64,000 nt of DNA from an uncultured cyanobacterium. GTDB taxonomy: Bacteria > Cyanobacteriota > Cyanobacteriia > Phormidesmidales > Phormidesmidaceae. The notes beneath the pieces were generated by a model. The model did not search any database, was not told the origin of the DNA, and worked only from the letters and a program-made list of their open reading frames with translations. Positions 31,454-41,597 of the stretch are shown one piece after another. The translations under genes were made by a program, and so were the position numbers. Each line of letters starts with the position of its first letter. The stretch's first letter is position 1. The stretch is from positions 32,001 to 96,000 of the forward strand of contig CAWBZI010000006.1 in the NCBI GenBank assembly GCA_963793265.1. Direction: 5' to 3'.

Positions 31454-32419
31454 CTAACGGCTCATCGCCAACATCCGCTCAATAGGCACAAGCGCATTCG
31501 CCTGAATCTCTGCCGGGATCGTAATCTCAGGCGTCTTATTCTTCATTGCTAAGTACAGCTTCTGCAACGTATTCAACCGCATATACGGGCACTCGTTACA
31601 CGCACAGTTCGCCTCCGGTGGCGCTGGAATAAAGTGCTTTTCAGGCACTTGCTTTTCCATCTGGTGAATAATGCCAGGCTCTGTAGCAACAATAAAGCGA
31701 TCGCTCTGACTCGTCTCCACATACTTCAGCAGCGCTGTCGTAGACCCAATAAAGCTTGCGTGCCGCAGCACACCCTCTTCACACTCAGGATGCGCAATAA
31801 TCTCCGCATCGGGGTGCTCCATCTTAAGCTGCAACATCTTCTTCTCAGAAAAAGTCTCGTGCACAATGCAGCTACCCTGCCACAGCACCATATCGCGCCC
31901 AGTCTGAGCCATCACATACCGGCCCAAGTTACGATCCGGTGCAAAAATAATCTTCTGCTCAGCCGGTAGCTGATTCACCAGCTTCACCGCATTCGAGCTA
32001 GTGCAGATAATATCGCTCATCGCCTTAATCTCAGCGGTGCAATTAATATACGAAATCACCAAGTGATCGGGATGCGCCGCCTTAAACTCAGCGAATTCAT
32101 CTGGCGGGCAGCTATCAGCCAGTGAACACCCCGCCGCCAAGTCAGGCAGCAAAACTAGCTTGCTCGGATTCAGAATTTTGGCAGTTTCAGCCATAAAGTG
32201 AACCCCTGCAAACACAATTACGTCCGCCTCAGTCGTCGCTGCCTGCTGAGAAAGACCCAGAGAATCACCGATATAGTCCGCAATATCTTGAATATCAGGC
32301 TCCTGGTAATAGTGGGCCAAAACAACTGCATTCAGGTCTTTTTTGAGAGTTTCGATTGCTCCAAAAAGATCCTTTGGCAGAGCCGTTTTCTGAACAGGTG
32401 CGCTGACGGTGGCAAACAC
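31454..32419 (-). CDS. nadA: Quinolinate synthase
   Basis: AHYYQ, GDSL, GVHFMAE, GCSLAD, CIVHE, AHPEC, CPYM. Confidence 0.97.
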   Translation of the reverse strand: MFATVSAPVQKTALPKDLFGAIETLKKDLNAVVLAHYYQEPDIQDIADYIGDSLGLSQQAATTEADVIVFAGVHFMAETAKILNPSKLVLLPDLAAGCSLADSCPPDEFAEFKAAHPDHLVISYINCTAEIKAMSDIICTSSNAVKLVNQLPAEQKIIFAPDRNLGRYVMAQTGRDMVLWQGSCIVHETFSEKKMLQLKMEHPDAEIIAHPECEEGVLRHASFIGSTTALLKYVETSQSDRFIVATEPGIIHQMEKQVPEKHFIPAPPEANCACNECPYMRLNTLQKLYLAMKNKTPEITIPAEIQANALVPIERMLAMSR

Positions 32420-32466
32420 AGACTTTCCTCTCTAAATGTTTTGAATTACCATTTACTAGATTTTAA

Positions 32467-32487
32467 TTATAGTCAAATCTACCAAAA
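32467..32487. promoter_or_regulatory. NrtR operator upstream of nadA
   Basis: TTATAGT-CAAATCT-ACCAAAA, a 21-bp palindrome with GT-N7-AC core overlapping TATAAT (minus strand, 32466-32471). Confidence 0.7.
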
Positions 32488-32541
32488 TTGCATAGCGCTA
32501 GTATCTCAATCGCTGCAGTAAATCATTCCATTAGCAGTAAA

Positions 32542-33331
32542 TCATTCCATTAGAGGTGCAACCGTCTCTATCCAGGCAGTTGCAGAGACAAAATCAATAG
32601 GCATCACGGCTCCTTTCCAATTTGCAGATCCGCTTGCTTCAGCTAGAACGCCTAAATCCTCATCGCGATCACAAACTCCCCTCACCTTCAGCACCACGCC
32701 TTCTTCTAACTGATCCTGATAAGCCGCAACTACCTGTCTCACAGCTGCACCTAGCCCAGCCCCCGGCCCAACCAGCTCAGAAAACCGACTTTCCGCCGCA
32801 CTGCGCAAAACAACCTTGAACCCAATCTCCTTAGCCGCTTTCACCAGCGCTTCTGCCTCCACTGCCTTAGGCGTCATAAACGGCTCGCTAAACTCCCGAT
32901 CCTTAGCCCGGTGCGCAGCCTCCTCCGAAATATCCAAGAACCGCTCTAGCTTCGGCACCGTAAAGTCACCAAAACCCTTCAGCGGATGAGAAATCATATT
33001 AGCTAGCACCCGTAGCCCAGCGCGCGCCTGTACATAAGGGCAGCCCAAATCCTGCACGAAATAATCACCGTCCCGCTCTCCCAGCGGTGGCTCAAAAGGA
33101 TTATGGTTCACTGGCGTAAAAATACCGCTACCGCTTTCAGTGATAAAAGGATCATTCCAGTTGAGCTGCGCTCGAATCGGCTCTATTTCAGCGCGACTAC
33201 AACTTGTAAAAGCAATTATTGGGATGCCTTTAGCGTTTAGATTAGCGATCGCCTGTTTTAGCTGCTCTTTTTTCTCTAATGCCGCTAAAAGCGCCCCATC
33301 CCAAGCAGTTAACACAATTTGATCAACCATT
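32542..33331 (-). CDS. HAD-IIB mannosyl-3-phosphoglycerate phosphatase-like protein with degenerate motifs
   Basis: TSCSRAE, DPFITESGS and A..AKDREFSEPF as in MpgP; motif I reads LTAWDGALL. Confidence 0.75.
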
Positions 33332-33452
33332 AATCTCCCCCTAATTTTCACTACAACCGCCGCGTTCACATAGCAGATATACCTTTAAAAGATTAGAACC
33401 CTTTGGCCCCACTGCAAAAGCGACCCTGCCTAAGAATCTGCGTAAGTTAGCT

Positions 33453-34385
33453 ATGCTGAATAAACGTTCAACGGGGTTAACGAACCAAGTGCATCAGTCA
33501 GCTGTCAAAATTGCTGTCGTCGGAGACATTCACGACCTGTGGGAACTAGAAGACAACGAAGCGCTTAACCATCTAGACATCGATCTGGCCATATTTGTAG
33601 GCGACTACGGCAACGAAGCCGTCGAAGTCGTCAGACGCATTGCTGCTGTAGAGTTGCCCAAAGTCGCCGTTATGGGCAATCACGACGCCTACTACTCAGC
33701 GACCAATAAAGGCATCAAAAACTGCCCTTACGATCGCACTCAAGAAGACTGGGTGCAGCTACAGATGGATCTTCTCGGCGAAGCCCACATTGGCTTTAGC
33801 AAAAAAGAATTTCCACAGTTCGACCTCACCATCGTCGGCGGACGCCCCTTCAGCTGGGGAGGCCCCAAATGGCGACACCGCAAATTCTATCGCGACAGAT
33901 TCGACGTTAAAAACTTCGATGAATCGCTTGATTTGATCCTCGCCGCTGCTGATGAGGCCGAACACAACACCCTAATTTTTGTCGGTCACGTTGGCCCCTA
34001 CGGCTTAGGCGATCGCCCCGACGATCCCTGCGGCAAAGACTGGGGCAAAACCAGCGCTGACTATGGCGATCCAGATTTAGCAGGTGCGATCGCCCTCACC
34101 CAGCAGTCCGGCAAGCGCGTCCCCTTAGTCACCTTCGGCCACATGCACCACCAGCTCAAAGACACCGACCAAATTCGTAAGCGTGTCGCCACTGACCCCA
34201 CCGGCACCCTCTACTTCAACGCCGCCAACGTTCCCCGCATAGAACAAACCGAAACCGGCACCACTCGCAGCTTCTCTATTGTCACCCTCAACCAGGGTAC
34301 CGTCGAATCAATCGAACTCACTTGGCTAAATGAAGCCTTTGAACCTATCTCAAAAGAAACCCTTTACGCTACTAGCAAGTCATAG
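33453..34385 (+). CDS. TIGR04168 family metallophosphoesterase
   Basis: GDIH, VGDYGNE, GNHD, GHMH. Confidence 0.85.
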   Translation: MLNKRSTGLTNQVHQSAVKIAVVGDIHDLWELEDNEALNHLDIDLAIFVGDYGNEAVEVVRRIAAVELPKVAVMGNHDAYYSATNKGIKNCPYDRTQEDWVQLQMDLLGEAHIGFSKKEFPQFDLTIVGGRPFSWGGPKWRHRKFYRDRFDVKNFDESLDLILAAADEAEHNTLIFVGHVGPYGLGDRPDDPCGKDWGKTSADYGDPDLAGAIALTQQSGKRVPLVTFGHMHHQLKDTDQIRKRVATDPTGTLYFNAANVPRIEQTETGTTRSFSIVTLNQGTVESIELTWLNEAFEPISKETLYATSKS

Positions 34386-34517
34386 CCTGTACTAATTCGC
34401 TCAACAAAAACCTGCACAACAGTAGACGCCATCGGACAAATCAGGCTAATATAGCCAAGCCTATTAGGAACAAGCAGTCCCTGTTATCAACACTATGCTA
34501 GTGCCTGATATCACCTT

Positions 34518-34602
<85 letters not shown>

Positions 34603-34724
34603 TTCAATATTCCTGCCGTCAGCACGTCTATTTTTCAGAAATATAGCCGTCGTCTATGGAGTTTTATTCCGTAGAATGCAAGACTAGATACGCAATAAAA
34701 CCGGCGCGGGCCACAGGAAAAATC

Positions 34725-35459
34725 GTGAAAATATCCGTCTACCACACGCCTGAAGAGGTTCCTACCGGAGCAATGCCTGAGTGTGCGATCGCTATTGACG
34801 TACTCAGAGCCACCACCACCATGGCCGCCGCTTTCAACGCCGGAGCCGAAGCCATCCAAGTCTTCAGCGACCTCGACGAACTCCTGGCTACCAGCGAAAA
34901 CTGGCCCCACCAAAACCGCATCCGGGCAGGCGAACGCGGCGGTCAGCGCGTCGAAGGATTCGATCTTGGCAACTCCCCCCTAGATCACGCCCCCGAAAAA
35001 ACCAAAGGCAAGCGCCTCTTCATGAGTACTACCAACGGTACCCGCTGCCTTCAACGCATCCAAAACGCACCCATCGTCCTCACCGCTGCCCTTACCACCC
35101 GCCAGGCCGTCGTTAACTATCTGCTCATCCACAAACCCAACACCGTTTGGCTCGTAGGCTCCGGTTGGGAAGGCGAATACTCCCTAGAAGACACCATCTG
35201 CGCAGGAGCCATCATCCGAGGCGCAATGGACAAAGCTCAGCTCACTTACACAGACATCATCGGCAATGACGCCGCTCTCGCCTCAGTCAGCCTCTACCAG
35301 CAGTGGCAAACTCAGCTCACAGAGCTTTTACACCACGCCAGCCACGGTCAGCGGCTGCTAAACAAAAACAACACCGCCGACATCGACTACTGCGCCCAGC
35401 TAGACATCCTCGACATCGTACCTATCCAGAAAAGCCCTGGAATCCTAATCTGGAAGTAG
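34725..35459 (+). CDS. comB: 2-phosphosulfolactate phosphatase family protein
   Basis: IDVLRATTT, GERGG, GNSP, MSTTNGT, SLED; GTG start at 34725. Confidence 0.92.
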   Translation: MKISVYHTPEEVPTGAMPECAIAIDVLRATTTMAAAFNAGAEAIQVFSDLDELLATSENWPHQNRIRAGERGGQRVEGFDLGNSPLDHAPEKTKGKRLFMSTTNGTRCLQRIQNAPIVLTAALTTRQAVVNYLLIHKPNTVWLVGSGWEGEYSLEDTICAGAIIRGAMDKAQLTYTDIIGNDAALASVSLYQQWQTQLTELLHHASHGQRLLNKNNTADIDYCAQLDILDIVPIQKSPGILIWK

Positions 35460-36422
35460 CACCGTCTCACCACGCTCTGAGGCTCGTCGCAGCGCATCTC
35501 CCACGCTCAGCGCATACACACTTTCAGCAGCACTCACGTACAGCGGCTTGCCTTCTATCAAATAATCCAACACCGCACTCGTATCTTTTACGAACAGTCC
35601 TTTTCGCGGTGCCACAGCGATCGCCTCTACCCCATCAGCTGTCGTCAAAGTCCCCTCATTCCTCACAAACGCCAAAGCACCCAAGCTGCCCTGAACCTCT
35701 ATCTCGCGACGATGAACCCACAGATTTTCACCTTTCCCGTAGGTTAGCTCCGCCACCACTCCACTCTCAAACTGAAGCCGCGCAGAACTCAAAACGCTTC
35801 TAAAGTAAGCCGGATCTACTTCACTGCTCACAGATCGTGTACAGCAATCCACCTTACTCACCCGGCCAAACAAATTCGTCAAACGATGCACCCGTGAAAG
35901 TGCCCCACAAAAAGGAAAGCCGAAAAGATCCCGGTTGTATGTCCACTTCGCGGGTGCAGGATTCTGAGGATTTAGCGTTCGATAGCTCACGTAGCTAGGC
36001 GTACCAATTCTAGATAGGTGCGATCGCATCGCCACATGTAACCCGCCCAAAAGCTCAATATGTTCCACATGCAATAGCAAATTCTGCGCTATTGCCAGAT
36101 CCATCAGTTGCCTAGCCTGATCCAAATTCAAAGACAGCGGATACTCCACCACTACATGCTTACCTGCTCTCAAAGCAGCCTCTACAATCTCACCGTGAAG
36201 CGCACTCACAGTTGCGACCACAACCACGTCAATAACATCATGCGCAACTAGCTGCTGCCAATTCACCAAAGGCTGTATACCGTACCTACTCGCAAATAAC
36301 GGCGTTTTCTGACGGCCCGAAACGTAAATAAGCTGCGATCGCTCATCAGCCAGCAAAGCCTCAGCCCTTACCTTCGCAGCATAGCCCGTACCCACCAATC
36401 CAAATCGGACACTCATACACAC
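35445..36422 (-). CDS. bvdR: Biliverdin reductase (Gfo/Idh/MocA family)
   Basis: GTGYAA, KHVVVEYP, HVEHIELLGGLH, ALSR.HRL. Confidence 0.85.
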   Translation of the reverse strand: MCMSVRFGLVGTGYAAKVRAEALLADERSQLIYVSGRQKTPLFASRYGIQPLVNWQQLVAHDVIDVVVVATVSALHGEIVEAALRAGKHVVVEYPLSLNLDQARQLMDLAIAQNLLLHVEHIELLGGLHVAMRSHLSRIGTPSYVSYRTLNPQNPAPAKWTYNRDLFGFPFCGALSRVHRLTNLFGRVSKVDCCTRSVSSEVDPAYFRSVLSSARLQFESGVVAELTYGKGENLWVHRREIEVQGSLGALAFVRNEGTLTTADGVEAIAVAPRKGLFVKDTSAVLDYLIEGKPLYVSAAESVYALSVGDALRRASERGETVLLPD

Positions 36423-36974
36423 AATCCAAATCAGCTTCTAAAGACAAAATCGTCTTTTCTGCCAGAGACTAAATACACAGTATTCAACTCAAGTAAGTAT
36501 CTCAAAGTCATTGCATACTTATAAAACACAAACTTTGAATATTAGCTTTAACACCACTCTCTTTAGTTAGAAAATACTCTCAGTAGAGAGACGTTTCTAT
36601 CGCTATCCTACCTCTCTCTACATACATAAGCCGTACTTATCAAAAAGCAGTTACTGATAAAATAAAGGCCGCAAAGATTTGATCGAATTGCTACTCTAAA
36701 AATACTTAGCCCCTATGCTGAAAGGGGTACAAGCTTTTTCTATGTCTTTATGAAAGCGCTAATCATAAGTAAATCCGAGTGTATTCACAACTTTAGATTA
36801 CGAATACCATTCAACATCGCCTTCAATAATAGTCACAGCACAATCGTTTTCTCGTAGTATCAAACTATGCTGCTGCTAAAGCTTATCTCTAACTAATACC
36901 AGAGATAAAAGATCATTAGCAGCTAGCCTTAGAACAAACAAAAGAACAAATCGAATCAACCCAGAGGATCTCGC

Positions 36975-37274
36975 ATGGCTAGCTACAAAGTCACATTGGT
37001 TAACGAAGCTGAAAACTTGAACACCACTATTGAAGTGGCTGAAGACGAGTACATTCTAGATGCTGCCGAAGAGCAAGGCATTGACTTGCCCTACTCCTGC
37101 CGTGCAGGCGCTTGCTCTACCTGTGCTGGCAAAATCACAACCGGCACCGTCGATCAATCCGATCAGTCTTTTCTAGATGACGATCAAATCGAAGCCGGTT
37201 ATGTACTCACTTGCGTGGCATACCCCACGTCTGACTGCACCGTTCAGACACACCAAGAGGAAGAGCTTTACTAG
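36975..37274 (+). CDS. petF: Plant-type [2Fe-2S] ferredoxin I
   Basis: [21 protein letters not shown]. Confidence 0.97.
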   Translation: MASYKVTLVNEAENLNTTIEVAEDEYILDAAEEQGIDLPYSCRAGACSTCAGKITTGTVDQSDQSFLDDDQIEAGYVLTCVAYPTSDCTVQTHQEEELY

Positions 37275-37290
37275 ACCTCTTCCTTCGTAT

Positions 37291-37338
37291 CAAAGACCCA
37301 CAGCTCGACCCATGGTTCAGTAGAGCTGTGGGTCTTTG
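37291..37338 (+). terminator. Stem-loop downstream of petF
   Basis: CAAAGACCCACAGCTC / GAGCTGTGGGTCTTTG 16-bp inverted repeat. Confidence 0.7.
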
Positions 37339-37541
37339 GTGTGTGCTACGCCCAACGGCTGATAATCGAGTAGTTTTCTGAAGCGATCGCAAGAAACCTG
37401 TAAGGGAGTAATGAAGTCTCAAATTCCAGCAGGGTATATTGATATTAACCTTGGTAGCATTGCTACTAGCGACTAGCGTCGTTTTATCAGTACTTATTCA
37501 AACTACCAATCAACACGTCTACGCATGAGGAATCTTCAAAG

Positions 37542-38711
37542 ATGAAAGCCATGATTCTGGCCGCAGGGAAAGGAACTCGGGTACGCCCCATTACCTACAC
37601 CATTCCCAAGCCTATGATTCCGATAATGCAAAAACCCGTCATGGAGTTTTTGCTAGAGCTACTGCGCCAGCATGGGTTCACTCAGATCATGGCTAATGTC
37701 AGCCATCTCGCAAACGAGATTGAAGGCTACTTCAGAGACGGGCAAAGGTTCGGTGTAGAACTCGCTTACTCCTTTGAAGGACGTATTACAGATGGCGAGC
37801 TGGTTGGAGAAGCCATCGGGTCCGCAGGCGGTATGCGCAAAATTCAAGACTTCTCCCCCTTCTTCGACGATACTTTTATCGTCCTCTGCGGCGATGCTCT
37901 GATAGATCTCGATCTTACTGAAGCCCTTCGCCAGCACCGAGAGAAAAAGTCAATCGCAACTATTGTAATGAAGCAGGTACCGCTCAAGCAGGTTCCGAGC
38001 TACGGCGTGGTAGTTACAGATGAGATTGGACGAATCAAGTCCTTTCAAGAGAAACCTACTGTCGAAGAAGCGCTGAGCACTGACATCAATACAGGCATCT
38101 ATATTTTTGAGCCTGAAATCTTCGACTACATTCCTTCTGGCCAAGAGTTCGATATTGGCGGCGACCTCTTCCCCAAGCTTGTTGCGGCTAACGCGCCATT
38201 CCATGGCATCCGAATGGACTTCGAATGGGTTGACATTGGGAAAGTACCCGACTACTGGCAAGCGATTCAAGACGTGTTGACGGGGCAGGTAAAAGGCGTA
38301 AGTGTGCCCGGTAACGAGGTTAGACCTGGTGTATTCGCAGGATTGAACGTCAAAGCCAACTGGGACAAAATTGACATCGAAGGCCCAGTCTATATCGGTG
38401 GGATGACCCACATAGAAGATGGCGCAAAAATTGTTGGCCCTAGCATGATTGGCCCCAACTGCCTCATCTCAAGCGGAACCATCATCGATAAGAGTGTCAT
38501 TTTTGAGTACTCCCGTATAGGTTCTGGGGTTCGCTTGGTCGATAAACTTGTATTTGGCCGCTACTGTGTAGATAAAACAGGTGCTTCTATTGATGTCCAA
38601 GCAGCCGCGCTCGACTGGCTAATCACCGATACCCGTCAAGCGTTCATTGCAGAGCCGCCTATTGAGCATCGGGCGATCGCAGAACTCCTCAACCAAACTA
38701 TCGCTAAATAG
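37542..38711 (+). CDS. cugP: NDP-sugar pyrophosphorylase, cyanobacterial UDP-glucose pyrophosphorylase type
   Basis: MKAMILAAGKGTRVRPIT..IPKP, AYSFEG, hexapeptide C-terminus. Confidence 0.85.
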   Translation: MKAMILAAGKGTRVRPITYTIPKPMIPIMQKPVMEFLLELLRQHGFTQIMANVSHLANEIEGYFRDGQRFGVELAYSFEGRITDGELVGEAIGSAGGMRKIQDFSPFFDDTFIVLCGDALIDLDLTEALRQHREKKSIATIVMKQVPLKQVPSYGVVVTDEIGRIKSFQEKPTVEEALSTDINTGIYIFEPEIFDYIPSGQEFDIGGDLFPKLVAANAPFHGIRMDFEWVDIGKVPDYWQAIQDVLTGQVKGVSVPGNEVRPGVFAGLNVKANWDKIDIEGPVYIGGMTHIEDGAKIVGPSMIGPNCLISSGTIIDKSVIFEYSRIGSGVRLVDKLVFGRYCVDKTGASIDVQAAALDWLITDTRQAFIAEPPIEHRAIAELLNQTIAK

Positions 38712-38749
38712 CAAAATTTAGATAGCCCGACCATCCATATAGCAAAAAG

Positions 38750-38778
38750 AAAGGGCTAACCAGTTGGCTAGCCCTTTT
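38750..38778. terminator. Bidirectional terminator
   Basis: AAAGGGCTA..TAGCCCTTT stem between convergent genes. Confidence 0.7.
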
Positions 38779-38815
38779 CAACTATGGGAACGGCATCGAA
38801 AAAACGAACCGCGAC

Positions 38816-39167
38816 CTACTGAAGAACGAGGCGTACATTTGCATTCTGCAAACCAGGACGCTTAACTTCAGAACAAAGTCTTGTTCACGGCATACTTCTG
38901 GTTGATAGAGTTGATCAACTCAGTCTGGTTGTGCTTTTTAGCGACGCCCCAGAGATCAGCAATCAAATCAAATGAACCATCAGCATTGCGAGACCAGCCG
39001 ATATCATAATCGCCTTCAAGCACAGCTACAATATCAGCACGAACGTTCTGACCGTTGTAGCCACGGATGTTAGCTTCAGTCTTAGTAGTGACCCCTAGGT
39101 CGCTAAGAGAAGACTTTAGAATTTCAGCATCGGTGATTTTGGTGCGCAGAGTACTAAAGTGAGACAT
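38816..39167 (-). CDS. ycf35: DUF1257 / Ycf35 family protein (extra base near 38872)
   Basis: MSHFSTLRTKI..YDIGW..DGSFDLIADLW; shifted tail SEVKRPGLQNANVRLVLQ*. Confidence 0.85.
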
Positions 39168-39354
39168 GTGAGTTTCCTCCTGAAGAGAAATTGAGAGACA
39201 ACGAGGTTAGAAATCGAAAATCAATCAGCTATCAGATGAGATAGAACCTGACGTTTGTTTTAAAATACTAGCTCAAGACTCATTCACAAGAACAATCTTC
39301 AACTAGCACTTCTTCCTGTGGGAGCAGGAAAAAGACTGTTGTAGCTAGCACCGG

Positions 39355-40866
39355 TTAGAATTCCATACGCTGGTATTCCGCTACCGATGAAGCCGCTGGC
39401 CGAGCCCGCTGACGAGCCCAGTCACGCAAAGCCGTTACTTGTTCGCTCATCGTTTTCGACAGCGGCATCGTAGCGCGAATCGCCGCAATAATATCGAGCT
39501 GGGTAAATTCTCGACCTTGAGCAAATGCCTCATACATCGCAGAGATAAGCCCCTGCTCAATTTCGGCACCCGAAAAACCTTCGCAAACTTTACTTAGCTG
39601 ATCAAAATCAAACCTTTCCGTATCAGTACGTCGCTTGCCCAAGTGAATTTTGAAAATCTCCTTTCGCTCTTGCTCGTTCGGCAAATCCACAAAGAAGATC
39701 TCATCAAATCGCCCCTTCCGCAGAAATTCACCTGGCAATCGTTCAACCCTATTCGCAGTTGCAATCACGAATACTGGAGATGTCTTCTCTTGCATCCAAG
39801 TCAAGAAGCTACCAAAGATACGGCTAGACGTACCACCGTCTGAATCAGCCGAGCCTGCGCTTCCAGCAAAAGCCTTATCAATCTCATCAATAAACAGAAC
39901 TGCCGGGGAAATGGACTCTGCTGTTCTCAAGGCCCCTCTTAAGTTAGCCTCCGAACGACCTACCATAGAGCCATCATAAACCCGGCCCATGTCCAGCCGT
40001 AGTAGGGGCAAACCCCATAGCCGCGCTGTCGTTTTTGCAATCAAAGACTTACCGCAACCCGGTACACCCAATATCAGCATTCCTTTAGGCTGAGGCAATC
40101 CATACTCACGCGCCCGCTCAGTAAAGGCATTAGAACGTTGCTTCAACCAATGCTTCAGCTCCTCTAGCCCGCCTACCGAGTCAATTGTCTCATCTTCTTC
40201 GATGTAGTCCAAAATACCGTTACGACGAATAAGTTGCTTTTTCTCAGATAAGACAATGTTGACTTCATTTTCAGTCAACTGTCCTGCCATCACTCTCGAC
40301 TTACGAAATACCTTTTCCGCCTCATCACGAGTTAGTCCTAAAGCAGCCTTTAGTAGCTTTTCCCGACCCTCTGTTGTAATACTTGTTGTTTTGGACTTCT
40401 CTAACTCAGCCGAGAGAACTTGGTTCAACTCAGACATATTAGGCAGTGTGAAGTCTAAAACGACAACTTCCTTCTCTAGCTCCACAGGAACTTCCTGAAC
40501 CGGAGACATCAATATGATTGTTTTCTGAGTTCCTCTAAACCCTTCAATAGCATCTCGCAAGCTACGAGTAACCTCAGGGCTATCTTTAAATGGGTGCAAA
40601 TCCTTGAAGACAAATATGCTAGGCTCCTTCTGCCTCATCGCCCAATTGATAGCAGCTTGAGGAGAAACAGTATTGTTTTGCTGACCTGAGCCTTTGTCCT
40701 GTCCATACTCACTCATGCCATGAGTCATAGTCCAGGTATACATACGCTGCTGTGGTCTTTGCTGGGAAAGCGCAGCGATCGCACGCTCTGCTCGCTCTTC
40801 CTCAAACGTGACCAGATAGATCAACGGATATTGAGCTTGAATTAATACGCTTAGCTCTTCTCTCAT
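39355..40866 (-). CDS. ycf46: AAA+ ATPase Ycf46
   Basis: AQYPLIYLVT.EEER, GVPGCGKS, WARQRARPA; in operon with DUF1257. Confidence 0.9.
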   Translation of the reverse strand: MREELSVLIQAQYPLIYLVTFEEERAERAIAALSQQRPQQRMYTWTMTHGMSEYGQDKGSGQQNNTVSPQAAINWAMRQKEPSIFVFKDLHPFKDSPEVTRSLRDAIEGFRGTQKTIILMSPVQEVPVELEKEVVVLDFTLPNMSELNQVLSAELEKSKTTSITTEGREKLLKAALGLTRDEAEKVFRKSRVMAGQLTENEVNIVLSEKKQLIRRNGILDYIEEDETIDSVGGLEELKHWLKQRSNAFTERAREYGLPQPKGMLILGVPGCGKSLIAKTTARLWGLPLLRLDMGRVYDGSMVGRSEANLRGALRTAESISPAVLFIDEIDKAFAGSAGSADSDGGTSSRIFGSFLTWMQEKTSPVFVIATANRVERLPGEFLRKGRFDEIFFVDLPNEQERKEIFKIHLGKRRTDTERFDFDQLSKVCEGFSGAEIEQGLISAMYEAFAQGREFTQLDIIAAIRATMPLSKTMSEQVTALRDWARQRARPAASSVAEYQRMEF

Positions 40867-41010
40867 GGCAAACGCCCCCAGTTAAGACGACTTAACTATC
40901 ACTATCTGTACACAGCGGAAACAACAGAATAAGGCAGAAATAACAACAATTCCGTAACAGAGCCAACAAAGTGTCAAAAGACTCTTGCCGATTCATCTAC
41001 CAAAAGACCA

Positions 41011-41373
41011 CTAGCAGGTAATCAGCTCCCCTTCATCAGAACTGTAAGAGCTTGAATTAAGATCCGTAATGCATCCCAACCTAGCCAAGCTTTCAACCTT
41101 CTGCTCAGCGTGACGCTTTACTAAAGTCAATCCATCTCTCTGTATAGCAACAGATGATGAGCATTCTGGACATGTATGAATACGATGCGCCTGACCTATC
41201 GATTGACTCACGCTTTCACCATGACCTTCAACAACATCCGCGTGTCCTAGATAGAACTCGATTGCTCGTTGAGCGATGGACGACATGGTATCACCATCAA
41301 CCGCGGAGCGAATCTTGAACTGCCGGTGCAGGTCATCTGAAATATAGAGCGTGACTTTTTGCTTAGCTGGCAT
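41011..41373 (-). CDS. Ribbon-helix-helix-like protein, first gene of the ycf46 operon
   Basis: KQKVTLYI..DLHRQFKIRSAVD..MS, then a CPEC motif. Confidence 0.75.
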   Translation of the reverse strand: MPAKQKVTLYISDDLHRQFKIRSAVDGDTMSSIAQRAIEFYLGHADVVEGHGESVSQSIGQAHRIHTCPECSSSVAIQRDGLTLVKRHAEQKVESLARLGCITDLNSSSYSSDEGELITC

Positions 41374-41412
41374 ATCGGATTTGAGTAACGTGTGGCCCCG
41401 GATATGTATAAC

Positions 41413-41487
41413 AAGGTAGCGGCTCTAAATTGTGCTGTCAAGAAGCTATGCTGGCTTGACGTCAATATATATACATAAGTTTACATA
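41413..41487 (-). promoter_or_regulatory. Promoter of the ycf46 operon with an HLR1-like repeat
   Basis: TTGACA-N17-TACCTT (41441-41413); TATACATA-AG-TTTACATA at 41470-41487. Confidence 0.5.
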
Positions 41488-41597
41488 TTACCTGAAGAGT
41501 TATAGGAAATTCCAGCTACAGCCGTGCAGAGTGACTATGCTGTATGTAAGCCATATACCCAAAGGGTAACCTTTAGTATCCCGACTTTATTTTTTGA

